DNA of 64,000 nt from NCBI GenBank assembly GCA_963665665.1, contig OY762428.1:736001-800000 (forward strand). Reading direction: 5' to 3'. This document shows positions 1-9,934 of this stretch, one piece after another. The translations under genes and the position numbers were made by a program. Position 1 is the first letter of the stretch. Every line of letters starts with the position of its first letter. The stretch comes from Candidatus Kapaibacterium sp. GTDB taxonomy: Bacteria; Bacteroidota; Ignavibacteria; Kapaibacteriales; UBA2268. A model generated the notes under the pieces. That model ran no database searches and was not told where the DNA came from. It worked only from the letters and a program-made list of their open reading frames with translations.

Positions 1-1
1 C

Positions 2-2464
2 AACTGTATGATATGCTTCCCAAACATAATTCGGGGCAAGCATTGGTTCTTCAAGTTTCAGCTTTTCCATAATCTCCCGAATCATTTTAAATGTAATGTA
101 ACGACGATTATACGGCTGATCATAGAAGATGCTAAGGGCTTTTATTTCATCCTTGTTCTTTTCGATGTATGCTGTAAAATCCCGAATGGTTTCTTCAGCC
201 TTTTTGGTAGTAAAGCTGTCCCATTCAGACTTTGTGACGGTATCAATATTAATATGATCAATAATCTGTTCGTGTTCTTTGCGAACATTCTCCAGATATT
301 CATTCAGTTCGCCGTTGAATGTACCTGCCGCCTGCCGGATCAATCCTTGCTGTGCCTTTTCCTTGGCTTCTTTTACCAGAGCCGGAGTCCTGTCAATTTT
401 CGGAATTTTTTCAATTTCCTTTTGTGCAATTTTATCTATCTCATCCTGATCATAGGCATTGATCAGCTCTTTGGTTATTTGTTTCAGGTCTTTGCCGCCG
501 GAATATTCCGGAAGTTTTTCCTTTTCTTTTTTGGTAATCTGCTTTTCAAGGCGTATTAAACGGTTTGCCAGAGACAGGAAGAGGTCTTCTTCTTCAACCC
601 CCATTGTAATTGCGCCGAGCAAATCTTTTAAAGTAACGGAATGCTTCCGCTCCAAAGGCCGGCTGTCGGTTTTCTTCGATTTTGTAACGCCAACAGCATC
701 AACAACAACAAAGTGGGTTTTGCTATTGGCAGTACGGGTAACCTGCATTAATTTATCGCTGTCAATAGTGCGCGTACCACGGCCTTTCATCTGCTCAAAG
801 TAATTTTTACTTTTAACATCGCGCATAAACAATAGAACTTCAAGAGGTTTTACATCAGTTCCAGTGGCAATCATATCCACGGTAACGGCAATCCTCGGAT
901 AATATGAGTTGCGGAAACGGTTCAGAACAGATTTTGGGTCTTCGTCAATTTTGTAAGTTACCTTTTTGCAAAACTCGTTTCCTTCGTCAAACTCTTCGCG
1001 TACAATTTTTATAATATCATCGGCATGGCTGTCAGTTTTAGCAAAGATCAGTGTTTTTGGAACTTCATAGTCAGCATTCTCATCAATGCGGTTGGGGAAA
1101 ATCTCTTCGCGCAAAGCTCGTCTGAAGTCACGTATAATATTTCTGATCTGACTGGGGTTAACAACCTTTCTATCTAAATCATTATTTTTATATTCAATAT
1201 CTTCATCTTCCTGTTGCCAACGCCTTTCCCGGGTCAGTTTATCCCTGCGGTCAACAAACCAGCCTGCCTTTATCACATTACCTTCTTTAGAAATTTCAGT
1301 CTCGATAGTATAAACATCGAAAGGAACATTTACGCCGTCAGTAACAGAATCCTCATAGGTGTACTGGCTTACAACATTTTCGTTAAAGAATCCGAAAGTA
1401 CGTTTATCCGGAGTAGCCGTCAAACCTATCAGGAAGGCATCGAAATAGTCCAATACCTGTTTCCAAAGATTATAGATTGATCTGTGGCATTCATCAATAA
1501 CAATAAAATCGAATTGCTCAATTGGCACTTTGCAGGAATATTCAACAGGAACTGCCTTTTTGTTATTTATTTGTTCCTGCATCCAAGTGCTATCGTTAGG
1601 GTTATCAAGTTCTGTACTTTCCTCTAATTCTTTTCCCTTTAGTATAGAGTACAAACGTTGAATAGTAGAGATACAGACCTGGCTGTCTTGTGTTATATAA
1701 CTTGATGAAAGCCGCTGAACATTGTATAGTTCGGTAAATTTTCTATTGTCATCTGTTGGTTTAAAAGTCATGAATTCCTGTTCGGCCTGTTCACCTAAGT
1801 TTTTGGTATCCACCAGAAACAGAATTCTCTTTGCATCGGCAAACTTTAATAAACGATAAATAAATGTTGTAGCAGTGAAAGTTTTTCCAGCGCCGGTAGC
1901 CATTTGGATCAATGCTTTAGGCCGATTGTTCTTAAAGGAATTTTCAAGTTGTTCAATAGCAATAATCTGAGCCGGTCTGAGGCCTGAAGGATCAAGCACC
2001 GGTAAATCGTTAATTCTGTCCCTTAGGCTACGGCTTTTTTTGAGCCATTCAGCCAAAGTTTCCGGCTTATGAAAACTAAAAACATTTCTACCTCTCGGTT
2101 TCGGATCTCTGTAATCAGTAAATCGGGTAATTACGCCCGTGCTTTCATAAACAAACGGCAAGCTGTCATTATCCAGGTATTTAAGTTTTGCAGTAGCATA
2201 ATCTTTTGATTGTTCCTCAACTACAGTTAACCGGTGTCCTTCTTCTTCTCGTTTAGCCTCGATTATACCAACCGGCTTGCGGTCAACAAACAAAACATAA
2301 TCCGCCGGCCCGACATCAGTCTGGTATTCTCTAATGACCACTCCCTGTTTTGCAGAAAGATCTATTTTGTTTTTGGATTGTACCAACCATCCTGCATCTA
2401 CTAACATTTTGTCGATTCGGTCACGTGCAATTTGCTCGGGATTTTGGTTGATGTTATCAGTCAT
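2..2464 (-). CDS. hsdR: Type I restriction-modification endonuclease subunit R (partial, runs off the left edge)
   Basis: Not in the ORF track because its stop lies outside the window. Manual minus-strand translation from ATG at 2464 gives MTDNINQNPEQIARDRIDKML...GPADYVLFVDRKPVGIIEAK (PD-(D/E)xK nuclease), QMATGAGKT (Walker A), IVIDECHRSIY (DExH) and MKGRGTR (motif VI). Confidence 0.93.
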   Translation of the reverse strand, partial: MTDNINQNPEQIARDRIDKMLVDAGWLVQSKNKIDLSAKQGVVIREYQTDVGPADYVLFVDRKPVGIIEAKREEEGHRLTVVEEQSKDYATAKLKYLDNDSLPFVYESTGVITRFTDYRDPKPRGRNVFSFHKPETLAEWLKKSRSLRDRINDLPVLDPSGLRPAQIIAIEQLENSFKNNRPKALIQMATGAGKTFTATTFIYRLLKFADAKRILFLVDTKNLGEQAEQEFMTFKPTDDNRKFTELYNVQRLSSSYITQDSQVCISTIQRLYSILKGKELEESTELDNPNDSTWMQEQINNKKAVPVEYSCKVPIEQFDFIVIDECHRSIYNLWKQVLDYFDAFLIGLTATPDKRTFGFFNENVVSQYTYEDSVTDGVNVPFDVYTIETEISKEGNVIKAGWFVDRRDKLTRERRWQQEDEDIEYKNNDLDRKVVNPSQIRNIIRDFRRALREEIFPNRIDENADYEVPKTLIFAKTDSHADDIIKIVREEFDEGNEFCKKVTYKIDEDPKSVLNRFRNSYYPRIAVTVDMIATGTDVKPLEVLLFMRDVKSKNYFEQMKGRGTRTIDSDKLMQVTRTANSKTHFVVVDAVGVTKSKKTDSRPLERKHSVTLKDLLGAITMGVEEEDLFLSLANRLIRLEKQITKKEKEKLPEYSGGKDLKQITKELINAYDQDEIDKIAQKEIEKIPKIDRTPALVKEAKEKAQQGLIRQAAGTFNGELNEYLENVRKEHEQIIDHINIDTVTKSEWDSFTTKKAEETIRDFTAYIEKNKDEIKALSIFYDQPYNRRYITFKMIREIMEKLKLEEPMLAPNYVWEAYHTV

Positions 2465-2793
2465 TAAAATCTATTCTTTGTTTTACAAATTCAATTTTTT
2501 TATTTATCAAACCACGAAAAACACCAGTCAACTTAGACTGCCGCTTTGATTAAATTTTTTCTACCCTTCGCTCTGCCATTGCCGGAATACTCCCCCGCGA
2601 GCATTCAATTCCCAATATCGCAAATTTTCAGGAGAAAGGCAAGGGAAGGAATATACAAATCTTAAAATAAATTTTCCTTTATATCCAATAATATATTGTA
2701 ACAAATATCGTTTTTATAGGTTAATATATATATAAGTAATTGAATTTATTATTACTTACAGTATTTTACAACAATTGACAAGGATTTACCATT

Positions 2794-3180
2794 ATGCAAA
2801 ATTTTGCGATGAACGAAGCCTCGAAAATGGGAATTTCACAGCTCGTAAGGGTAAGTGAAAAGCTGGGTTTTGCCTGCCTGACAAAAAATAATTTGCCGTC
2901 AGCAATACTTTTCCCTCTCGCACCGGAAAAAGAGGCCATTGACCACCTTGCCGATATGCTTAGAAAGCAGCACGAAACAAAACGCCTGAGCATGGAGCAC
3001 GAAGTTCTTGCCAGCCCTGATTTCTACCGCAGCTATCTTCAGGATTTTCTTATGTTGGCGTTTGCCTGCATGAATGAAATCAAACTCAGTGATGATATGC
3101 TGAAAGAACTCACGGACGAGCTTTTCCGTTTCCTCGAAAATGCCCCGAAGTTGTTCCCGAATGCCCAGGAGGAACTATGA
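2794..3180 (+). CDS. Hypothetical protein (128 aa)
   Basis: Clean ATG-started ORF in an otherwise AT-rich intergenic region, with protein-like helical composition. No recognisable motif. Confidence 0.6.
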   Translation: MQNFAMNEASKMGISQLVRVSEKLGFACLTKNNLPSAILFPLAPEKEAIDHLADMLRKQHETKRLSMEHEVLASPDFYRSYLQDFLMLAFACMNEIKLSDDMLKELTDELFRFLENAPKLFPNAQEEL

Positions 3181-3281
3181 AAGCCATATTTGGGGATATA
3201 ATCGGGGAAATTACTGCCGGACTTGGAATTAGCGCCGTATTTAACCACTGTGATGATTTGGATGCAGGGCTATGGTTTTAA
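3177..3281 (+). CDS. Possible small ORF (34 aa, MKAIFGDIIGEITAGLGISAVFNHCDDLDAGLWF)
   Basis: Its ATG overlaps the upstream stop (ATGA at 3177-3180), which suggests translational coupling. Short, with no motif. Confidence 0.3.
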   Translation: MKAIFGDIIGEITAGLGISAVFNHCDDLDAGLWF

Positions 3282-3442
3282 TCGAAGACTGCGGCTAAAA
3301 TGGCTCTGAGAGCGATTATGAAGGCAGAATTTTTAAAACGAATATAATTTATTTTATTACTAACTATAAGATAATTGTATTCATGAATAGCTTCAATCAA
3401 ACATGAAACACGAACATATAATTAATAATAGAAAGACAAATT

Positions 3443-4447
3443 ATGTTTCACGACAACCTACCTCCACTGACAGGAGAAGAATTCCGACGGCTGAGGGAAT
3501 ATTTCGGGCTTAGCCAGGAAAATGCTGCACGGCTTCTTAACATGAGCAGTAAAAGTCAGATTTCCAGAATGGAACGAAAAAAGCAGGAACTGGTTCCGGC
3601 GAACATTGTGCAGAACTTCGTGCAGGGCCTTACCGAAACCGGCGGAGCTGCAGAATACGCCCCGGACGCGATTAACAGAATTAAGCAGACAATGGAATAC
3701 GAGAAACAACTGAAACCTGCCTCAAAAACTAAGGAAAATCCGATGGAACAATTAAACGACGACGAATATACACGATACCTGACAAATGAAGTGCGTAAGG
3801 GAGAAAGTAAGATGGATAAGCTGGAAAGCCGAAATTATAACCTGACGCAGGAGCTTCAGGACGAAAGGCTGAAGAATATGCAGGTTATCCGCGAGGTTGA
3901 CCACATGAAATACCTGTTCGAGAACTTCCAGAACAATATTAACGGCAAAATTCAGGATCAGGTTATGAATCTTGAAATTGTAATGGATGAAAAGCTGAAA
4001 ACTAATAAGGAAGAAATCCGGAATTTGATTACTGAGATGGTTGAGAACAGGATAATTGAATTCGGTGACGAGATCCAATTAGAAATCGACAGGGTAATAG
4101 CTGAACTGCGTAAGAACTCAGATAAAGAAAGCGGCGGACTTTCCGGCCTGCTCGACAAACCGGGTGTGTCCGAGTTGCTTAAAAGCCTGGGCGAGAACAT
4201 CGGGCCGAGCATCGCGCCGAAACTTGTCAATACATTTTCGAATATGTTCGCTGCCAAACAGCAACAGGCTGCAACGCCAATGCAACAACAGGCAAACTAT
4301 CAGCAACCTGAGCCAATTGACTATGCAACTTACCCTGATTTGCCGGATGTGGATGACTTTGATGACGGTTTTGATACAATTGTTGCAGATAGTTCCACAA
4401 ATACGAATGCAACAGGTGAAAAATTGCAGAATGTTGCAGAAAGTTGA
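3443..4447 (+). CDS. XRE/Cro-C1 HTH protein with long coiled coil and Q/D-rich tail
   Basis: N-terminal LTGEEFRRLREYFGLSQENAARLLNMSSKSQISRMER is an XRE-type HTH. The centre is a heptad-rich helix and the C-terminus is low-complexity. Confidence 0.75.
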   Translation: MFHDNLPPLTGEEFRRLREYFGLSQENAARLLNMSSKSQISRMERKKQELVPANIVQNFVQGLTETGGAAEYAPDAINRIKQTMEYEKQLKPASKTKENPMEQLNDDEYTRYLTNEVRKGESKMDKLESRNYNLTQELQDERLKNMQVIREVDHMKYLFENFQNNINGKIQDQVMNLEIVMDEKLKTNKEEIRNLITEMVENRIIEFGDEIQLEIDRVIAELRKNSDKESGGLSGLLDKPGVSELLKSLGENIGPSIAPKLVNTFSNMFAAKQQQAATPMQQQANYQQPEPIDYATYPDLPDVDDFDDGFDTIVADSSTNTNATGEKLQNVAES

Positions 4448-4635
4448 TAAAAGTTGCTACGCAGTGCTCTTTGTTGCAGAAAATCAACAAAATGTTGCTT
4501 AAAAGTTGTGCGAGAATCGCAATTCTACGCCGTTTCTACTGAAAATTAGCGGAATATCATGGCATAATGTACTCAGAAGAGGTTCTTTAGCTCCTTATTT
4601 TCTATTAGTTAATGGTTTGCCATGCGTTCCTTAGC

Positions 4636-4666
4636 AAGCCGGGAAGAAATTCCCGGCTTTTTTTTT
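4636..4666 (+). terminator. Rho-independent terminator (copy 1 of a duplicated hairpin)
   Basis: AAGCCGGGAA-GAAA-TTCCCGGCTT hairpin running into a T9 tract. Confidence 0.8.
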
Positions 4667-4868
4667 GGTGGGAAGGAAGGGGGGACTTTGGAGCTAAATT
4701 TACATTCAAGTGAAAGACAAAAAAAATGTGCTAAATTATCTTAAATTTGTTATATCCAAATTTTATCGTAATGAAAAATATAATTTGGCAAAATAATTGT
4801 TAACAATTTGACATTCACGTAATTTCATTTGAAGCTAAATTGAAATATATAAAAAGAAGGTTTCCGTA

Positions 4869-7049
4869 ATGGCTATTCTTTACCCAGATTGGAACACAAT
4901 TTATAAATTACATCAGAAACCAACAGCTGGTGAATTGCATTTATTGCATTATCTTGATGATAATTTAGATGATGATTATGAAATATTTTTTCAGGCAAAT
5001 ATTAATGGGGATAGGCCGGATATTGTGTTAATGAGAAATAATTCCGGTGTATTAATTATTGAGGTAAAGGATTGGAATTTGAATTCTTATAGGAATCAAA
5101 ACGGTGAGTGGTATGTAAAAAAAGATGGCAGGGAATATTTGAAACTATCACCTTTTGAGCAAGTTAAAAAATACAAAGAAAACCTGTACGATTTGAACGT
5201 ACCTTCATTGCTTGAAAAAAACATCAAAAATTCAAAAATGTTTTCAGTTGTTGGATGTTCTGTTTATTTCCATAATGCCAATAAAGAGCTGCTAAATAAA
5301 TTTCTTAATAACGAGAATTTAGATAATAAAAAATTTATACGTATCTTCTGTAAAGAAGAGCTAACAAAATATTTTTTGAATAACCGAATTCTATCTAAAT
5401 ATTACTTAAACAGACAATCAAAGTTATTTAGTGATGACTTATATGATGAATTCAAGAGGATGCTCAAACCACCTTTCCACACAATGGATGAGGGCATAGA
5501 TATTAAATATTCAAAGGAACAGCAACTTTTAATAAAAAGCTCCGAAGTTCATCAGAAAATAAAGGGAGTAGCTGGATCAGGAAAGACTGTTGTATTAGCC
5601 AAAAGAGCAGTCAATGCTCATCTCAGAACCCGAGAAAAAGTATTGATATTATGTTATAATATTACTTTACCGAACTATATTCATGATCTTATCAGTAAGG
5701 TAAGAGAAAATTTCGATTGGCAAAACTTCGAAATTTCAAATTATCACCAATTTATTAGTAGTTCATTAAATAATTTGGGAATTTCTCCGAAGCATCTATT
5801 CTTAGAATATGTTAGAAACGATAGCATTTTAGAAAAATATTGGGAAGACTTCCCTGATTTTAACAATTTTCTAATTTATCTCAGAGAAAAAATTGGACAT
5901 GATAAAGTGTCGGAGATTTGGGAAAAAGCAATTTACTCGAATCAAGAGCTTTTTGCAAAAATTACTTCTTCTAACATTGAATCTGATGATCAACCTGATG
6001 GTGAAAATACTAAAAAAATAGAAAGATACAATTGTATTTTAATTGATGAAGTTCAGGATTATAGCTATAAATGGCTTGAAATTCTCAAAAATAATTTTTT
6101 GGATCCAAATGGTGAATACGTACTGTTTGGAGATGAAAAACAAAATATCTACGGAAGGGAATTAGATTTTGAAAAATTAACAAAAACAAATGTGAAAGGT
6201 AAATGGAACAGATCACTAAATAAAACATATAGAATTCAGGAAAAAATTGCAAAATTAGCTTCAGAATTTCAGGATATTTTTTTCAAGAACTATACCCCGG
6301 AAATAATATTACCAACCAATCAATTAGATCTGTTTGGAAATTTTAACCTAAATATTGAGTATTATGAATACAATCGTTTCGATTATACCAGTATTTCAAA
6401 TTTTATTATAAATTATATTAAATCAAATCAGATACATTCCAATGATGTTTGTTTATTGGGAACTCATGTCCGTCCATTAAGGCAGATTGATTATTATTAC
6501 CGAAATAATTGCAGGGAAAAAACTACTACTACTTTTGAAACAGAGGAAATCTACAAATTACTTTTCAAACAAAAGATTCAACAAAAAAATTGGAATTCAA
6601 ATGTTAATCCAAAGCCATCTTATCTTGAAGATGATTTGCAAATTGCCTTAAGGAAGGTAATTGATAAGCTTGATTTAAAAGAAAATGAATCCCAAAATGA
6701 TGTCTCAATTATTGAAAAACCCAATAATACGAGAATCGATGAATTAGTAGATGTAATTACTCCTCGAATCGAATTGGAGATAGAAAAAATTAGAAAAAAT
6801 AAAAAATTCAACTTTTGGATGGATTCTGGCCATTTCAAAATCTCAACGGTACATAGTTTTAAGGGCTGGGAGATCCCCGTTTTGTTTTTATTACTTGACC
6901 CATCAATCAATAAATATCCAAAACATGAATTGATCTATACAGCACTGACGAGATGCAAATTTAATTTAGTTATTATAAATATGGGATCAAGGATTTATAA
7001 TGACTTCTTCAAAGAATACGCTGATATTGTTGAACAAATTGAGGAGTAG
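4869..7049 (+). CDS. NERD nuclease domain fused to SF1 (UvrD-like) helicase
   Basis: N-terminal RPDIVL...IIEVKDW (NERD, PD-(D/E)xK). Helicase motifs GVAGSGKT, LIDEVQD, FGDEKQNIY, TVHSFKGWE and YTALTR. Confidence 0.88.
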   Translation: MAILYPDWNTIYKLHQKPTAGELHLLHYLDDNLDDDYEIFFQANINGDRPDIVLMRNNSGVLIIEVKDWNLNSYRNQNGEWYVKKDGREYLKLSPFEQVKKYKENLYDLNVPSLLEKNIKNSKMFSVVGCSVYFHNANKELLNKFLNNENLDNKKFIRIFCKEELTKYFLNNRILSKYYLNRQSKLFSDDLYDEFKRMLKPPFHTMDEGIDIKYSKEQQLLIKSSEVHQKIKGVAGSGKTVVLAKRAVNAHLRTREKVLILCYNITLPNYIHDLISKVRENFDWQNFEISNYHQFISSSLNNLGISPKHLFLEYVRNDSILEKYWEDFPDFNNFLIYLREKIGHDKVSEIWEKAIYSNQELFAKITSSNIESDDQPDGENTKKIERYNCILIDEVQDYSYKWLEILKNNFLDPNGEYVLFGDEKQNIYGRELDFEKLTKTNVKGKWNRSLNKTYRIQEKIAKLASEFQDIFFKNYTPEIILPTNQLDLFGNFNLNIEYYEYNRFDYTSISNFIINYIKSNQIHSNDVCLLGTHVRPLRQIDYYYRNNCREKTTTTFETEEIYKLLFKQKIQQKNWNSNVNPKPSYLEDDLQIALRKVIDKLDLKENESQNDVSIIEKPNNTRIDELVDVITPRIELEIEKIRKNKKFNFWMDSGHFKISTVHSFKGWEIPVLFLLLDPSINKYPKHELIYTALTRCKFNLVIINMGSRIYNDFFKEYADIVEQIEE

Positions 7050-7100
7050 AAGAATGCTTTGTGATATAATGATGCTAACTATAAGTTTAAAAATATTTAT

Positions 7101-8096
7101 TTACTGCAATTCAAAAAACTTAGATTTTATTTCTCCATTTGCGCTGTAATAATCCCCGATATAATCAGAGTTTAGCCCTGAGTTAGTATTATCTTTCATT
7201 TTTTTCAAGTCAGATATTTGTCTTTTAATTTCATTCAAATGATTGAGCATTCTTTCCGGATTGATTCTAATATTGGACTCCAGATTCATCTCAATTTCAC
7301 TATTATTCTTTAACCTTCCATCCTGGGATAATGATTGAAGTGTATGATTCATATTTATTCGGAAATTGTTAGTTATCATAAATCGGTCATTAATAATTTT
7401 GTTCTTAATTAATAAAACTGATATTTTCATCGAACCCCTTTTTTTATCCTGCAAATTATCAATAATAATGTTGTAAATTCTTTGGGCATCAGAAATTGCT
7501 TTGCTATCAAACAAAGTTGAAATTAACAAGATCTCTGAATTTGATGAAAATATTTCGGAATTCAAAAGAACAATGACATTGTTTTTTATCGTCTCTTCAT
7601 CTTTCAAAAGATAAGGATCGTAAATAATTGCTTCATTGCAAAGTAAGATGTCTTTGTAATTATTCCAATTAAAAATATTATCTCTCTTTTCACCAAAATA
7701 TTCAATAACTTCCGGCTCTACAAATTTCTCAAAAAGATTAATAAAACGTTCAAAATTAAATATTATAAATCCGGTTTTGCTTTCAATATTATTGATAAAG
7801 CTATGAGGCTGCTTGATAAAATAGATTTTAAATAAATTATCCTTTTCGAAAAAATTTTTTGGAAGGAAACAACCTTTAACTTTATCTTCTGTATTCAATT
7901 TCGGTGGATCTTCAAATAACCGAATTATTTCATCAGACCTTTTTAATTTTTCATTATAAAATATATTGATTTTTTGTTTGTTGTTGTTATAAAATCGGCG
8001 AAATAAATAGAATATATCATTTTCAGAAGAATATTTTAAGTTCAGTATCTCCCTGAAAATATCCGGTTGGAAGTAATAATCATATTTTATTTCCAT
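7101..8096 (-). CDS. Uncharacterised ATPase-partner protein, possible PLD-like C-terminal domain
   Basis: Starts 1 nt after the ATPase stop. IYDPYL ... NDRFMITNN resembles the DPY...HDR pattern of PLD-like (MIT_C-type) domains; this assignment is tentative. Confidence 0.7.
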   Translation of the reverse strand: MEIKYDYYFQPDIFREILNLKYSSENDIFYLFRRFYNNNKQKINIFYNEKLKRSDEIIRLFEDPPKLNTEDKVKGCFLPKNFFEKDNLFKIYFIKQPHSFINNIESKTGFIIFNFERFINLFEKFVEPEVIEYFGEKRDNIFNWNNYKDILLCNEAIIYDPYLLKDEETIKNNVIVLLNSEIFSSNSEILLISTLFDSKAISDAQRIYNIIIDNLQDKKRGSMKISVLLIKNKIINDRFMITNNFRINMNHTLQSLSQDGRLKNNSEIEMNLESNIRINPERMLNHLNEIKRQISDLKKMKDNTNSGLNSDYIGDYYSANGEIKSKFFELQ

Positions 8097-8097
8097 A

Positions 8098-9825
8098 TCA
8101 ATTATCGCTTTCTAAATCCCAAAGTGATGAAATCAATCGGGAAGCTTCATCAAAAAAGCCTTCTCCGAAATCAGGGTTTAATCTGCCATTTTTATCAATT
8201 TTTATTTCTGTTATATAATCACTTTTTTTAGGATCGTTACCAAAATAATAAATTGAAATATCTTCTTTTTTCAATATTCCTTTTGCAACAAGATACTGAA
8301 ATTTTCTGATTAGGTATTCGCTATGCGTTTCGATAATAAATTGATTTTTAGAAGAATGAGACGGACTATTAGATTTATCTAAAACATCAACAAAGAAATC
8401 AGCTAATCGGGATTGTAGTGCAGGATGCAGGTTTGATTCAGGCTCCTCAATCCATTGTATTTTATCATAAGCTATACTTCCTTTTGAGCTGAAAATAATA
8501 TTTAATATTAAAGAAATGATGCTATTAATACCGAAACCTTCATCTTTCAAATTGATCTTTTTACCATTTTTTAATAAAAATATCACTTTCCCATAACCTT
8601 CAATATCACGAAATTCGATCCCGTCAGATATTTTAAAAAACTTAAGCCATTTTTCCCAATCTTCAATATCAGATTGGCTTAAATTACTTAAAGAGCGACA
8701 ACCTGAAGGAAGAAAATCTGAAATAAAATCTCTATTTGATAATATCCTTTCTTCGATGTGTTTTGGCTTTATAGTATTGCCAATTTCGTTAAAACTTATT
8801 AAATCAATAAAATATTCAATTCTAGTAAAAATTGATTCGAAGAATTCCGAAACTTCACCTGCTTGTTCTATGTAGAAATTTTGAATATTATTATTAAATT
8901 GTGATAAAATCATATCTTTTTTAAAATAATATTCATCATTAATTTTAACTTTATTTCTGAATATCTGATGAAATTCATGAGCCAGACCACATTCCTCAGC
9001 AAATGTTGATAAATTAAATAATTGAAAAACATTCATATGGGCATTAGTGTTGGGTTGTAGCAAATCAAATCTATTCAAAGTGATCATTTCCAAATCACCA
9101 TTGATCTCAATTACTTCCGGAAATTCGAGTCCGAACTTATTTATGTCTATAGGATCAATGAACCATGAAAAATTAAAAAATGGCTTATAGTTGATTAATT
9201 GGATATAATCAGGTATTTCTATTTCTTTGTCAAATGTCTTTATATATTTGTCTGATTTGTTTATATAATCAGGTATATAATCAAAATCTCTAAAAAATGA
9301 ATTCCTAAAATCTGATGAAGTAAAATCTGATTTCAAATTAATAATAAAATCATAGTTTATAAAAAATTTTTCGAAATCAATGTTTTTACTTTCCGTATCA
9401 GCCGCTATAGAAAATATTGGAATCATTTCATTTTCGCTAAAACAGCTTAATTGAAATTCAATGAGTTCCAATTTATATTTACCTTCAATATGATAAATAT
9501 ATCTATAATTAAATTGATTAATTATACAATTATTAAAAATAATTTTATCATCATGATGAGTTATTGAAACTTCAAGCTCCAAATTATCCTCATCAATATT
9601 ATTTGATCTTATATCGCTGATAGTACCCAGACTTACATTTTCAAGATCAATCATGGATAATGCAGATAACTTCTGTGGCGTAAACACATTAAATAATCGT
9701 TGTACATTTGTTTTTCCGCTTCCATTTGGGCCGGTAAAAATGGTTATTGGTGAAAATTTAAAGTCAGCTTTTTTCCCATTCATTCCGAATGTTTTAAAAT
9801 TCTTTATATTTATGCCACTTATCAT
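8098..9825 (-). CDS. ABC-type (AAA_15/AAA_21) ATPase with DUF3696-like C-terminus
   Basis: I.NFKTF N-terminus, GPNGSGKT Walker A, EGFGINS signature-like motif, IEEPESNLHP Walker B/D-loop, ETHSEY H-loop, and the tail ISIYYF...IDKNGRL...GFFDE typical of DUF3696. Confidence 0.85.
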   Translation of the reverse strand: MISGINIKNFKTFGMNGKKADFKFSPITIFTGPNGSGKTNVQRLFNVFTPQKLSALSMIDLENVSLGTISDIRSNNIDEDNLELEVSITHHDDKIIFNNCIINQFNYRYIYHIEGKYKLELIEFQLSCFSENEMIPIFSIAADTESKNIDFEKFFINYDFIINLKSDFTSSDFRNSFFRDFDYIPDYINKSDKYIKTFDKEIEIPDYIQLINYKPFFNFSWFIDPIDINKFGLEFPEVIEINGDLEMITLNRFDLLQPNTNAHMNVFQLFNLSTFAEECGLAHEFHQIFRNKVKINDEYYFKKDMILSQFNNNIQNFYIEQAGEVSEFFESIFTRIEYFIDLISFNEIGNTIKPKHIEERILSNRDFISDFLPSGCRSLSNLSQSDIEDWEKWLKFFKISDGIEFRDIEGYGKVIFLLKNGKKINLKDEGFGINSIISLILNIIFSSKGSIAYDKIQWIEEPESNLHPALQSRLADFFVDVLDKSNSPSHSSKNQFIIETHSEYLIRKFQYLVAKGILKKEDISIYYFGNDPKKSDYITEIKIDKNGRLNPDFGEGFFDEASRLISSLWDLESDN

Positions 9826-9934
9826 TATATTACCACAAATTAAATGTTAATTTCGTTCATTATGCAAGATAAATCTTTCTCAAATGATTTCAAAGTCATA
9901 TCAAATTTGATTATATTTTTTTAAAAGCTGGACA

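Noticed and set aside
8-2549. Plus-strand ORFs 8-559, 459-803, 1214-1480 and 2334-2549
   Set aside because: Antisense shadows of hsdR, which has clear motifs on the minus strand.
4869-9825. Calling the helicase + ATPase a Gabija system
   Set aside because: The genes are convergent, the ATPase shows no TOPRIM domain, and the helicase carries its own NERD nuclease, unlike gajA-gajB.
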